From Paraspadella gotoi (taxonomy: Eukaryota; Animalia; Chaetognatha), in contig CM119269.1 in NCBI GenBank assembly GCA_051294375.1, forward strand, positions 3,584,690 through 3,648,689: a stretch of 64,000 bases of DNA. Reading direction: 5' to 3'. This document shows positions 13,601 through 35,579 of this stretch, piece after piece (the stretch's first letter is position 1; the number at the start of each line of letters is the position of its first letter). The translations under genes and the position numbers were made by a program. Below the pieces are notes generated by a model. The model was given only the letters and a program-made list of their open reading frames with translations. It searched no databases and was not told the origin of the DNA.

Positions 13601-13993
13601 AAATCCGGCGCCGACGCTTCCGGCTCGGACGCGCCGGCGTCATCGAAATCCGCGACGGCGCCCCAAAAGAAAAGCGGCGCTGGGGACGCCGCCGACACCG
13701 GCGCTGTAGAGGAAGGGGATCCAATCGTGAGTTTTTATAACTACTTAATCATAGAGATCAACGTTATTTAAAGTTTTTTAAATAATTGGTTATAAATTAA
13801 TATTATTATATTTATAATTCTACAGTTGAACATGTTGCTTCGTCTTCAAGAAGCCGCCAATTACACCGGCGGCGCCGGCGGGTCCGGCGTCGGCAGCGCC
13901 AACAACAACAACAGCAACAACGATTCGGGCACGGATTCCGTTTCCATCGATTCCAACGAAGTTCCACGAACTGACATAACGGAGGTCATGTGA
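4926..13993 (+). CDS. NAV: Neuron navigator (NAV/unc-53/sickie) family protein, 3' portion: coiled coils plus AAA+ ATPase domain
   Basis: Exons: 4926-5009 (AHVVAAFEQSLSSMTTRL), 5099-5197, 5562-5691, 5786-6031 (LSRQMSTESMSSLNS), 7472-7579 (KKKKGWLRSSFTKAF), 7683-7739, 7960-8101, [8573-8842/5], 10018-10153 (LKKQLREKDMKLTDIRLEALTSAHQ), 10371-10521, 10682-10826, 10975-11108 (VSGKTKWDLLD), 11238-11339, 11459-11622, 11986-12145 (Walker A GPSGTGKT), 12342-12492 (Walker B VVILDNLH), 12573-12712 (LQLHHNFRWVLCANHMEPVKGFL), 12794-12947, 13072-13257 (VWFTDLWNYSLVPYLLEAVREG), 13467-13726 (LRPEDVGF), 13826-13993 (LNMLLRLQEAANY...TGA). These are recognisable NAV motifs; intron phases are compatible apart from one 1-nt frameshift. 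The 5' end lies upstream of the window. Confidence 0.96.
6658..6783. repeat. 21-bp minisatellite (ATGAAAGGAAATGGCATAGGC, ~6 copies) in a NAV intron
   Basis: Direct tandem repeat visible in the sequence; it produces the spurious KWHRHER/MPFPF ORFs. Confidence 0.95.
11755..11795 (+). ncRNA. Degenerate hammerhead-ribozyme-like motif in a NAV intron
   Basis: CTGATGA-AGTCT-TGTATAGC-AGAGCC-GAAACATGAC: both core boxes are present, stem II is imperfect and the cleavage triplet is altered. Confidence 0.35.
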
Positions 13994-15742
13994 TTGTGAA
14001 CGACGATTACCAATCGTTTTTACCGGCGATGATGCGACTGTGAAAAAAGACAAGTCGCTTCAGTCGACGATCGTCCAAACTTCAAATATTAAACAACTTC
14101 TAGTGCCATCTCCCGTTTTTCTTTCTTTACCCCTCCAAAAAAACAAAAACAAAAACAAAAACAAAAAAATTGATCGAACCGAATTACGTCTTGCCCTTTA
14201 ATTTCCGCCACGTTTTGCCCGCCTCTTTGTCACGGAAGAAACAAATTGTTCCAAAGGTCATGTCGTGTCACGTCATGTCATGTCATCTTCGAACTCGACA
14301 CCCCATTCGACCCTTACCAGTTTTCGTACTGTGACACACCGAGTCTCATTGTTTTGAAACCTTGTTATTTATTGGTATTTGTGGATGGGAATCTACGATT
14401 TTCGAATGTAGTAGTTAATTTTATTATCTACTTAAAACGATTTTTGGCTTTCTTTTCCTTTTCCTTTTCCTTTTTTTTTTTGGTTTTCTGTGCGTAGCAT
14501 TTCTATGAATTATCTAATTTTATTATAGAATCGATTGAATTATTTCGCTTGTATGACTTTTTTCCTTCACTATTTTCATTTTTTGGACAATCAATAAATT
14601 GGTATTTGACTAATGAAAAAGATTTTTTTTATATCATGGGTTCGCGCCCTTGTGGTGTCAATGCTAGTAAGCGGGACGGGGCCTTTAATCGACCTGTATT
14701 TGCGGACTACAGTTAGATCTGAAGTTTTGAAGCTACTAATAAAGAGGTGGTGACTTCTTTGGTCTGAATGTCTTAAAGTTAGCAAAAATATATATATTAG
14801 ATATAGTTTATATACTCTACGGAACAGTTTCTTGGCTTGCAATGCCCACTACAGTTACGAATCGAAATGTAGCCTTAGAGTTAACCGACTGTTCCACTCC
14901 ACGGCCACGTTGACGTCGATCAAGACGTCAGCGACGCAGAGATACACTCTGACGATGACGGCCGTCAAATCTATCGCCATTTTGGATCAAATCCATCGCC
15001 ATTTTGGATCAAAAGTTTCGCCGGGGGTCTAGACGTCAAGCGAAGGAAAAGTAAAAGAAAAAGAAGCGAAAAGAACGAAGAGGATGAAATGTTTCTCAAA
15101 AGCAATAACTGAATTGCGATGAGAGAGAGAGAGAGAGTCATTACTATATACAGTGGAATGTGGATAGAGATTTAGGCGCTTGATTATCGGATATGTGGAG
15201 CCGCCGTCCCGGCGTTTTAGTCAGATGATTTCGGCGTTTTGCCGCCTCGGTGGCGAATATACGATATTTTTGTCGGATGTGAAAAGGAGAGGAAAAGTAA
15301 ACATAAGGATCGATTGTTCTTAAAAAAATAACGGAAATGTGCCAACATAAAGTTAAAGAAGATTGAAGCGTTTCTTCTTTGCTTCTTAACAGGCTTCCTC
15401 GGCACCCTGTTTGAATGCCACGTTCCATGTTTTTCGATGTCCTTATTTTTTTCAGACGCGACGCCAATCTCTTATATTTTATCAAATCTTTTACACAGCA
15501 TTTCAAGTTCTCATTCGTTTGAGTTTCATCGTGTTTCGGCGAACCACTTTGCGGGGTGTAACTCATCGTTAGTATTGATAAAAAATGAAAAAAAATCCAG
15601 CGAGATAATAAAAAAGGATATCCCTTTACATCCTGACGTAACTTTGATCGATTGGAACAACAAATACGGCTTAAAATTGTCATTGAATATATACTTACTT
15701 AAACATTCAATTCAATGTTCTCTTAAAAGCTTGTCGAGAATA

Positions 15743-16617
15743 ATGGCCACATTTTTCTTTCTCGTTTTTTATTTTACGTCTTTCCTTTGGGCAAAGGAAA
15801 CACTTAGCCTTTTGCTTAAAGGTGAGATACTTTTTTACTTATAAAAAAACGGCATTCCTTATCTTAATTATACGTCTTATTATCCCTTATCTATACTATT
15901 TTATGATAAGTTCCGCTACCGTTTAGTTTTCTCATCTTAATACATTCTGATTAGTTTTTTTTTCCCTTTTCTATTTAAATGTCTTCCTAAACCAACCAGA
16001 CGATTCAACTTTAAGGATGGCAAATGTCACTGCTCATCGACAAGTAATGGGGTCACTTCGTGGATCCGAGATTCAACTGATTATTTTACGAAAACCCAGA
16101 GGTAATTCACACATTTACATTTATTTATGTTGATTTCACTCCATCAGTTAAATATGCAGAAATCCGTGTACAATTCAACAACTGCAAGTTCGGGACCTTT
16201 TGGCGAACGAGCGTCGAAGAAACTTTCACGGAAGGAGCGATCGAAAACAGTTCCCGTTGTCATTGCGCCTTTGATAGGCCGACCAACTGTAATCAACCTA
16301 AACATAAGATCAAACAGAATCAAGTTCTCTACTTTTGTTTATCGAAGGAAATTAGCGTCGTCAAGATTGAGTTGTTCAATTCCGGCTTCGGGGAGTTGGG
16401 ACCTAAAAGATTCGCTTTGCTGGGGCTTGATTGCTCCGAGATGGAATGCAGAGAAGGAATGAGAATAGATTTTAATAACTCTCCCTACGTGAGACTGGAA
16501 CCGAGAATTTTGAAAGTCAACGCTCGGGGTTTTAAATCCAAGTGCTGGGGCTTCGAATGCGTCGACGTTTATACCGACTATTGCCGGTTCAAATGGATCA
16601 AAGTTTGGAAAGATTAA
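15743..16617 (+). CDS. Secreted cysteine-rich protein, paralogue A (212 aa, unassigned family)
   Basis: Exons 15743-15821 (signal-peptide-like MATFFFLVFYFTSFLWAKETLS), 16000-16101 and 16160-16617; both introns GT-AG, phase 1; open through to TAA; AATAAA near 16696. Ten Cys in exon 3. Confidence 0.85.
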
Positions 16618-16875
16618 AAGGACAGCTGGGACTGTAAAAGATACGATTGATAGTTTCGTGTAAACTGTGTATAAGTATTTGTATATGTAAAGTATAAATA
16701 AAAAATCATGAAACGCCTTTTCCTTATCGATTATTAAAAATAAGGTGAGTTTAGGTTAGAATAGAAATAAAACCGAAAGGATTTGCTGCCCGTATTGATC
16801 GGGTGACACCGAAGACGTATTTCAATTATCTCGAAATATCCTGGCCTCACATCCAGTCTGGCATTTTCTGGAAAG

Positions 16876-18483
16876 ATGGAAATTTTTTCTCTCGCTTTTT
16901 TCATAAAACTTTTTTGTTGCGCGTTATTTATACCGAGAATTGAAACATTTGGGCTCCATTTCAAAGACGATGGTAAAAAAAAAAAAAATTGGTAATATTT
17001 TCATATATCATAATATCTTTAAATATTCAACTGACTTTTTTTATTTTTTTATTTTTTTCCTATTCTTAAAAGTTTTTGGTTGATATTTTTCTTTACTCTC
17101 CCAGGCGAAGCTAATTTCACGAAACGTCACCAAGGCAAAATCATTAGGACAAATCTCGCTGGTGGATTCGAAGTTCAATTAATTATACGCAAAAACAAAG
17201 GTACAGAAAAAAAAACTGCAATGTTTATTGATTATAGATAAAACTGACAAAGCCATTTTGTCATTTTGGATCAAGCGCGCCAACAGGCCAACAGGCCATC
17301 ACAGCCGTTGTCAGAAACCAAATCATTTCTTAAAATTTCATTTAAAATAAATCAAAATTTGAAGAGACAGTAATTATTAATATGTGTTAGTGATAGAACC
17401 GTTCATTATAAGCAGTCCCTGAGCTTCGGATCAGGCTGTAACACCGAGTTACAGGCGGGTTAAGCGCCCCGTCCCTCTTAACTGCCAGACGACCACCGGG
17501 CTAGAACCCCGGACCTTTGGGTTGGGAGGCGAATGACTTGCCTCCGGCATCAATGGCTGCTGATGAACGGTTGGTGGATTTTAGTCCACCATACATCCCC
17601 CCTCCCGTAGGGAGAAGTCTGTTGCGTCTCTTCAGTGAATTGTTGTTGTTGGTGGAAAGTTCATCACCAAGTTGAGGCATGTCGCCTGATGTGTTATGGG
17701 CGGAAAGTGCATCGCCAGGTTGAGGCATGTCGCCTGAGAGTGTTGTTGTTGCGTTGTGTTCGGAAGTCGGGCTCACCAATGAAGAGACAGTAATTATTAA
17801 TATGTGTTAATGATAGAACCATTCATTATAAGAAGTCCCTGAGCTTCGGATCAGGCTGTAACACCGAGTTACAGGCGGGTTAAGCGCCCCGTCCCTCTTA
17901 ACTGCCAGACGACCACGGGCTAGAACCCCGGACCTTTGGGTTGGGAGGCAAAATGACTTGCCTCCGGCACCAATGGCCGCTGATGAACGGTTGGTGGATT
18001 TTAGTTCACCATACATTTTAGATTGAATTTTCAATTGCAGAAACTCTCGTCAAGTTCGACAATTGCACATTTTGGGAGTTTCGACGTTTCTCCGAAGAAC
18101 CAAACATCGCAGCCTGCCAGTTGTGCGCCTGCGCCTTTGAAAAATATGATTTCTGCATCAAAAAAAATCGTGTGGCCCAACCAAATCAGGGATTTTTCTT
18201 TTGTTCGCCCCGGGAGATGACCGTCGTGCGATTCAAACTTTCCAATGGAAAAAAAGAACCCTGGGGACCGAAAAAGTTTTCCTTGTTGGGGCTGCATTGC
18301 GACTTTGAAGGCTGCAGCGTTGGGAGAAGAATCGTTTTTGATCGCGATGAATATGTCATTAGCAAAGAGGAAGTTTGGAGCGTCGACGATCATGGATTTG
18401 GATCAAAGTGTTGGGGTTTCGAATGCTTGGAGGCTTTCGAAGACAATTGCCGTTTCAAAATGATCCAACTGTGGGCGAAATGA
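16876..18483 (+). CDS. Secreted cysteine-rich protein, paralogue B (211 aa, unassigned family)
   Basis: Exons 16876-16972 (MEIFSLAFFIKLFCCALFIPRIETF), 17105-17200 and 18041-18483; same phase-1/phase-1 structure as paralogue A. Shared motifs: E[IV]QLII, CxCAF, GPK[RK]FxLLGLxC, GFxSKCWGFEC, CRFKxIx[VL]W. Confidence 0.85.
17360..17606 (-). mobile_element. ~240-bp dispersed repeat, copy 1 (tRNA-derived SINE-like / HINE-like)
   Basis: Near-identical to 17778-18016 and 18587-18835. The minus strand has a tRNA-like segment with B-box GGTTCTAGCCC; there is a terminal hairpin TGGTGGA-TTTTAG-TCCACCA. Confidence 0.75.
17778..18016 (-). mobile_element. ~240-bp dispersed repeat, copy 2
   Basis: Same sequence as copy 1; lies in intron 2 of paralogue B and ends ~25 nt before the exon 3 acceptor. 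Confidence 0.75.
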
Positions 18484-18586
18484 AGTCAACTTAATTGCAT
18501 TTTCGTTAGAAAGGAAAACAAGACCTTTCATCATGATATATTGATGAACATTTTCAATTTAGTAAGGACCCGTATTTTTTGTTAGT

Positions 18587-18835
18587 AATGAAGAGACAGT
18601 AATTATTGTTATGTATTAGTGACAGAACTGTTCAATATAAGCAGTCCCTGAGTTTCGGATCAGGCTGTAACACCATGTTACAGGCGGGTTAAGCGCCCCG
18701 TCCCTCTTAACTGCCAGACGACCACCGGGCTAGAACCCCGGACCTTTGGGTTGGGAGGCAAATGACTTGCCTACGGCACCAATGGTCGCTGATGAACGGT
18801 TGGTGGATTTTAGTCCACCATACATCCCCCCCTCC
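18587..18835 (-). mobile_element. ~240-bp dispersed repeat, copy 3
   Basis: Same sequence as copy 1; ~100 nt downstream of the paralogue B stop codon. Confidence 0.75.
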
Positions 18836-18902
18836 CCACACTGCCTGATTTTTCAAAAAGACCTCCAGGTTAACGCCCTGCTCCTTCCTCCGTCCGCCTA
18901 TC

Positions 18903-18998
<96 letters not shown>

Positions 18999-20605
18999 TC
19001 ATATCGAGTAGAACAAGTCGAATTCTACATCTTGAAGTCGAACCAAAGGAAACGGAGCGTCTCGTCGTTCGTCACTTCTGCCTCAAGGAACTCCGAAGAC
19101 GATGATGATGACGACGACGACGATGACGATGACGACGATCACGTTGACCACGAGAATGACCCGCTACCAAACCAGAGAAGGTGATGACGAGAAAGTTGAC
19201 GCAAGCGATGATGACGACGATGACGACGACAACTCACAGGCAACATGGCGGTCAACATTTATACAGGCGATTACAAAAATGCCTCTTTTCTGTCTAAGGA
19301 TCTTTCTTTTTCTTCTTTTCTCATTCTCTCTTTCTTTCCCTTACTTTCGATCTCGCTTTCTATTTTGGAACCTTTCTCTCTCCCTTTCTCTAATAAAATA
19401 ACCATTTATCAATACCTATTAGCGGTTGCGTGGTTTTTTTATTTATTTACAAAAATATCTGAACTTTTACAAAAGAAAGTTGACCCTGAAAAAAAGAAAA
19501 ACCGTTAATTTTTTTTTATTTCAACGCGATTGATGGGGAAAAAAAATCGGGAGGGGATGAAAAGGGAAAGTAATGAATATTTATTAGTCACTTCGAAAAT
19601 GCATTTGGCCAAATTGACAGAGTATATTCAAAATTTTACTAAAAGGATTCTCAATGAATTGTTGTAAAGTGTAACCGATGAATATAACCAGAAATCTAAA
19701 CTCCCTAAACTCTGCACCAAATAGGAAAGGAAAATGAAAAAAATAACCGATAAAAAAGTTACACTGACCCAGACCATAGCAAATGCGAGAATATGTACAT
19801 TGTTACGTTTGAACATAAAAAAAGAGAAATTACGCGGAGCAAGTACTCGATGAAAATAATATTATAACAATTAATCGAGTAACATGACTGATAACAAGCG
19901 AATGCAGTCTAATCTCTACATTTCTCTATACAGATTGTACCATTATCCCGAAGAATAAAACCGATGACTGGTCAGAACAATCTGATGTGTAAATAGTTGG
20001 GAATTTAAAAGTATAAAATTATTTGTTGTGCTCATCGAATAGTATTATTATATATCTTGAAAAGATTTATTCGAAATGGGATTACCTTGATTTACAACCC
20101 AGCAAGGCTTTAAATAGTTTTTTTTTGTGCTGCACCACGCATAGTGCACAATACAAATTTGTGTGCTCAAATTTGTGTGGACTGTGCGACTATGCATGCT
20201 GATCACATTATTTCCAAACTTGCGTTCATCTCAAGGCACCCAGCAAACTTTCAAGATAAGACCCAACCTTTTGAACACGATGGTGATTAGTATTCGTTCG
20301 TATAGTTTTCCTTTTTTTTTTACACATCAAATGGAACTACTTTGAGTTTCACTAAGCGTTAAAGAATTTAGGGATAAGTCTTTTTTTCAACTAAAACTAC
20401 GGAACTACCATATTCTACTAACTGTTGACAAAAGTCCTACTATATGAATTTGTGTTAAAAAAATCCTTTTAAAGCTTAGTAATTGTAGTAGTATAAGTAA
20501 TAAAAAATAATGTATTAGCTTGTCGCTGTTGCGTGGTAGGAATTTTATCGTCGACAAAACGACGTCACTATTAATGTTTATTCGGCGTCGTTTTTCCGCG
20601 CGAAC

Positions 20606-20748
20606 GTGGCGTCGTTTTGATATCTTTGTGGCGTCGTTTTGATATCTTTGTGGCGTTGTTTTGACATCTTTGTGGCGTCGTTTTGACATCTTTGTGGCGT
20701 CGTTTTGATATCTTTGTGGCGTCGTTTTGACATCTTTGTGGCGTCGAT
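20606..20748. repeat. 22-bp minisatellite (GTGGCGTCGTTTTGAYATCTTT, ~6.5 copies) in the Rh 3' UTR
   Basis: Tandem repeat beginning ~18 nt after the Rh stop codon. Confidence 0.95.
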
Positions 20749-20765
20749 TTCGTCCTACGTTTTTC

Positions 20766-31468
<10,703 letters not shown>

Positions 31469-32410
31469 TTTTAATTTTTCTGGAAAAGAAAAAGAAAAAG
31501 AAACGAGATTAAAAATATGTATATATTTTTGCAGACGTTATAATTGGCAAATTAGACGCGTGTCGGAAAAATAAACGTTGGACTAACGCTGAACTCGACC
31601 CACAAGTTAACCAAACGGAAAAAAAAAATTTTAGTAACTGAGTTTTTTTAAATTTTTTCCATGCGCTACAACGCGGAGTAAACTTTATCGAATTAATGAG
31701 GCTAAAGCAAAGAAAATAACGGAGTTGAAGTTCGCGTAATTAAAATTGATCGATTCTAAAATTGAGATGTATTTTCTTTTTGGTAGTTTGAAAAAGGAAA
31801 CTTAATATTAAAATAAACACACATTGGAGGTGTGCAAACGGAATGTATTTGCTAAAGCATTTTATCTTTTTGATGGATGGTGACTGGCTTAAGTTTTTTT
31901 TTGTTGTTAATTTTATAACTGTGTACTCAATTTTGGTCAATTTTTTTTTACTCAATTTTTTGGACTAAATTCCAATGAAATTAAAACTAAAATGAAACTT
32001 TTTTTACTTTTCTTTTATCAGAAATGTAAATTGAAATTCAATTATGAATCAAAAGCTTTTAATTATTTTTCTAAATTTTAATTTTAAATAAAAAATGTTT
32101 ATATCACTAAGTGATTATAAAAATAAAGATTTTATTGACAAATCATTTTGGTGTGTTATCGCAGAAAAACATTAATCGAACCTCGAAAGAAATAAAGGCA
32201 AATGAATAGGGCGCGGTCGAAATGCTTAACGGCGCCAAGCAGGTTCGAGAGCTTGACGCCTCCAACGACCCCGGCGCCTTCAACAAAGGAGGCACCAATC
32301 ACGGTGACAAGGATTGTCCTTTATGTTTTTTTTTGTTTTTTTGTTTTCTTGAATCGGCTTAATCACCAATTTGTAGTGATAAATACTATGTTCCGCCCTT
32401 TGATTTTACG

Positions 32411-32464
<54 letters not shown>

Positions 32465-33775
32465 TTCTTATGTTTTTATGGGAATTTAATGAAGCCTTTC
32501 TAGAAAAATATTGATAAGTTTCTCACGATTTTTTTCTTCAAGAGTTTATGCAACTTTTAGCAATTTAAAATTTCACGCCGTTTAAGTTTTACGTGAGACA
32601 TCAAGAAATATGCCTCGACCACGAGACAATAAAATCGTTGTACTTGAAAATCATTGCAATTCGATCAAGAAGTTAAATTAAAATTGAATTCAAACCACAA
32701 TTCAAGGCAGAAAGCATTTCGATTGTGAAAGGGGAATCGACTTCACTTATCGATGCCTAAATTGATAAAAGCCTTAAAATTAAAAATAAATTGGAATCAA
32801 GAGAAATTGTTTTGAACCTGTTTCGTGGGTCAGAATGTGGGGTAATTTACGGGATTGAAGTCAGTTAAGCCTCCGGGCCGCGCACCTGGGTGGGGTCCAA
32901 CCGATATTTTTAGACAATTTATTCTTTCAAAAATAATCACAACGTTTTAAGAAGTTAAAAACGGTGGAAGCGCTAGTGATCTGCGACGAATAACGCCGTC
33001 GGTCTAATTCTTAATATCTAAATAGACATTTTATTCTTTCAAGTTTTTCGGTTGCGATGAAATCGCCTTGATTCGAGCCTTGAAAAACCATGGACTGAAA
33101 AAACCGGATCACGTTAAAGGGTTTTTGATCTGAAAACTCAAAAACAAAAAGAGAAAAAAAGGGAAATTGATATATAACATGGTTTCGCTTTGGTTTACAT
33201 TATTAAGTCTTATAAATATTGAAGTAATTAGAGTGGTAAAAACTTAAAGATAATTTGTTTCCAGTATTTTATTTATTAAATACGTACGTGAATATTATGT
33301 TTTTAGCTAAAATATGCGGCTAGTTCTAATCTAAGGAATAATCTTTAATACGCAATTTTTTCCAACAAATTTTTTTAGAAAGTTAATATTGCTTACCTTT
33401 CTTCCGTCCGAGATGTCAAAATATTTTAAGAATTTTTTTTTTTAGCATCGAAAATTTAAGTTTTTTTTTTTACATGCAATGAAAAATTAATAATTTAAGA
33501 TAAATTTCAGATTCACAAAAGATTTCCAGTTTTTCGTCTCTTTATTTTATGGAGGTCATTGAACTGAAACCTGAATGATAAACTCATGATGAATTATTTC
33601 AAATCGTAAAAGTAAAAGTAGTATTTCTAAACCAGTTATCTCTTCAGGAGGATGTTATTGTATTGTTAAAAGAGAGAGAATGAGGGGGAAAGAGAGAGAG
33701 AGAGAAGAATAGAGAGAGAAAGAAACAAAGAAATAAAGAAACAAAGAAATAAAGAAAGAAAGAAAAAAAGAAGGA

Positions 33776-33871
<96 letters not shown>

Positions 33872-34175
33872 GTTTATCAAAGCTGAGAATTCTCCAGAGA
33901 AAAGACAAGAATGTACGGAACAAAATCTTTTTAAGCTCGAATATGGTTTCAATTTCTCTGTTATTTTTTGGGGTTTTGTTTTTCACAATTTTTGTCCAAG
34001 AAAAACCCGACTGTTCTCTTTTTTCTTCACGCAAAAGCTCAAAGCTTAATATTGAGACAAAATCAACTAGGAAAGCTTTATTTTTTCTCAATAGCTTAGA
34101 CAGTTCATTCACCCTTCTAATTTCATTTCCGACATATAGTATTTGCTTTCGAATCTCATTCCTCATATAACGACA

Positions 34176-34410
34176 TTGGTACAACCAATATAAAAATTAT
34201 CCATTCATTTAATAAATAAGCTGTCTTTCCCTTGACTTTGGACAGGCTTTGGTGGTTTAAGGCCTCCATCCTTCTTACAAGATAATGACATCTGGCAGGC
34301 CCCTGCAATCAAGACTTTCTCACAGTCTCGTTCATTCACTCCCAGAGTACCTGGCTTCCCTATCAATGAAGTGGTAATGTTTCAAAGAATGTTTCAATTG
34401 TATGAAAATA
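34176..34410. repeat. ~240-bp dispersed repeat of unknown class
   Basis: Closely matches 46247-46487 (TTGGTACAACCAATATAAAAA...GTTTCAATTGTATGAAAA); partial copies near 24595-24670 and 44127-44185. Confidence 0.85.
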
Positions 34411-35528
34411 TCATTCTCCATTGTATTAACCCGTTCCCAACCGATGCAGCTTTTCGTCACGGTGTGGCGACTGTCGCACCGTCACACTGTCACACTCAAC
34501 CCGCCCATCGCCACAGGCCGCGACGCGCCATCCGCCACCCGCCAGGCGCCACTTCGCACTTATGATTGATGATAAACAAATGAAGAGTCGCAGGTTTCGC
34601 TTTCGAGAGACGACGTTCGATTTCTGACGCAACGAAGATTCGCAAGGTGAGGTTTTTTTTTTTTTTTATTGACTGTCGTAGCGAATGAGACTTTTTTAAC
34701 GAGGATATTTCCATATCAAATCCCATTTAAAAATAAAAATTAAAAATATAAAGATAAAATTCTACATCCGACTTTTCCACTATTGAAATATTGGATATGG
34801 GTTTTACATGAGCGGATGTGCGATCATACACGAAGTAAAATTCATCAAAAATACATTAGCAACGAAAAAAAAAAAACACCAAAAAAATAAAGTTACAACT
34901 TTTTAAAACTTTATTTAAATTATTTTTAAATATAGGTGAGAAAAAAAAGATCGAAAACGAAAGAGATGGAGCGTAAACGAAAAAAAAAGGGAATCGGTTT
35001 GAATAGAAATTCCAAGATAAAAACCAAATGACGTTCGCGTTGCACCATTGCCAATTTTAAATCCGTCTGCACCCATTTTCGATTCCCCAAACGAGTCGCG
35101 TCCAAGGAAAATGCTCAGGGTCGTTTTCGGGACTGATGAGGAGAGAGACAGGAGAGCAGTAGAGAAGACAGAGAGAGAAGAGAGAGGAAGGAGAGCAGGA
35201 GGAGAGGCAAGAGAGAGAGAGAGAGAGATCGGCGTCCGAGTCCGTTTTGCGATCAGACAAAGTTTAAAGTTCATCCACAAGATGAATTCACTTGTTTGTT
35301 TTTTTAGACGGGGGGACGCATCGACCGGAGAAGCTCGTTAGTACAGCGATGCGCCGGTTCTATTTTTTTAGTAGAATAAGAATTAATTGATGAAGACCAC
35401 ATCGAGCAAATCGTCGATTGTGATCATTTTATTTTTCCTTCGTGTCGATTTTTCTTATCAAAGAATAGGGAGAGAGAAGAGAGAGAGAGAGAGAAGAGAG
35501 AGAAGAAGAAGAGAAGAGAGAGAGAGCG

Positions 35529-35579
<51 letters not shown>

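Noticed and set aside
17490-17560. Functional tRNA gene
   Set aside because: The cloverleaf is imperfect and embedded in a longer repeated unit; better explained as a tRNA-derived repeat.
17555-17595. CTGATGA followed by a hairpin in the triplicated repeat as a hammerhead
   Set aside because: No GAAA box follows the stem, so the catalytic core is incomplete.
34425-34620. TTAACCCG start as a piggyBac terminus
   Set aside because: I found no matching inverted end or transposase remnant in the window.
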